The position numbers and the translations under genes were made by a program. The notes beneath the pieces are model-generated. The model was not told where the DNA came from. It was given only the letters and a program-made list of their open reading frames with translations, and did not search any database. Shown piece after piece: positions 63,363 through 64,000 of a stretch of DNA of 64,000 nucleotides (the stretch's first letter is position 1; every line of letters begins with the position of its first letter). This DNA comes from Ignavibacteriota bacterium (GTDB lineage: Bacteria > Bacteroidota > Ignavibacteria > UBA10030 > UBA6906): the NCBI GenBank assembly GCA_963801355.1, contig CAWDEM010000008.1, positions 2,368,001 through 2,432,000 of the forward strand. Reading direction: 5' to 3'.

Positions 63363-64000
63363 ATGAGTCTCGACGCCGATCTTCAATCGGTACAGGAAGT
63401 CCGGGATACCCTGCAGAAGGTGAAAGAAGCCCAGCTGGAATTCCGCGGCTACTCGCAGGAGCAGGTCGACCGGATCGTGCAGGCGATGGCAGAGGCCGGC
63501 TTCGCCGCCGCCGCCCGGCTGGGGAGACTCGCGTCCGAAGAAACGGGGTTCGGCAAAGCCGAAGACAAGCAGAAGAAGAACGAATTTGCTACGCGCAGGA
63601 TATGGGAATCCATCGCCACCTTGAAGACCGTCGGCATCATCGACGAAGACCCCGCCCGAAAGGTCATCAGGATCGCCGAGCCCATGGGGATCGTGGCGGC
63701 ACTCATCCCGTCGACCAACCCGACGTCGACGGTGTTGTTCAAGGCCATCATTTCCGTGAAGGCACGGAATGGCATTGTGGCAAGCCCGCACCCCAGGGCT
63801 GTCCGCTGCACGATCGAAGCGATGAACGTCATGCGTGACGCGGCGGAAAAAGCAGGCGCCCCCCGCAACCTCATGGTGTGCCTCTCCTCGTCGACACCCG
63901 AGGGGACTGATGAATTAATGCGGCACAAGCTCACTTCTGTCATCCTTGCGACCGGCAGCCACGCGATGGTGCGTGCCGCGTACAGTTCGGGCAAGCCGGC
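63363..64000 (+). CDS. Acylating aldehyde dehydrogenase (EutE/AdhE-N type), truncated by window end
   Basis: Absent from ORF track. Reads MSLDADLQSVQEVRDTL...EETGFG..EDK..KN...PSTNPTST...SPHPRA...ILATG. Confidence 0.88.
   Translation, partial: MSLDADLQSVQEVRDTLQKVKEAQLEFRGYSQEQVDRIVQAMAEAGFAAAARLGRLASEETGFGKAEDKQKKNEFATRRIWESIATLKTVGIIDEDPARKVIRIAEPMGIVAALIPSTNPTSTVLFKAIISVKARNGIVASPHPRAVRCTIEAMNVMRDAAEKAGAPRNLMVCLSSSTPEGTDELMRHKLTSVILATGSHAMVRAAYSSGKP

Overview
A gene-dense, GC-rich bacterial chromosomal segment made up mostly of core genes. It probably comes from an Ignavibacteria-like member of the FCB group (inference from a T9SS-type C-terminal domain protein, a PorV-like protein and the Nif3/Zn-ribbon/RNase H/rnpB cluster). 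From left to right it holds: the 5' part of lepA; HAD, LhgO-like, GH20, pepT and OPT genes; two convergent ABC efflux operons; a PorV-like gene; groESL with a perfect CIRCE; GH13, rsmI and nadE; an S8 protease; a plsY-htrA-purB-ALDH-lat-rubrerythrin run; larB, a GMPP/PMM fusion, PTS IIA, lgt and rlmB; a gcdH-like/guaB/M24/GT4/purD/epimerase/NtrX run; a three-gene response-regulator cluster; then Nif3, Zn-ribbon, rnhA, rnpB, recJ, yebC, ruvCAB and the start of an acylating aldehyde dehydrogenase. I saw no mobile elements, prophage or CRISPR. The most interesting signals are small and intergenic. (1) An aromatic-rich mini-ORF plus hairpin sits between the lysine-catabolic ALDH and lat, a candidate substrate-sensing arrest peptide/attenuator. 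(2) Lat carries a Lys/Arg-rich N-terminal tail encoded by 39-bp repeats. (3) A structured RNA of about 150 nt, bounded by a promoter and a terminator, lies upstream of Nif3. (4) A terminator lies inside the lepA leader. (5) A REC-HisKA protein lacks the ATPase domain. (6) Several genes appear to be leaderless. All calls come from reading the sequence by eye; no database searches were run.
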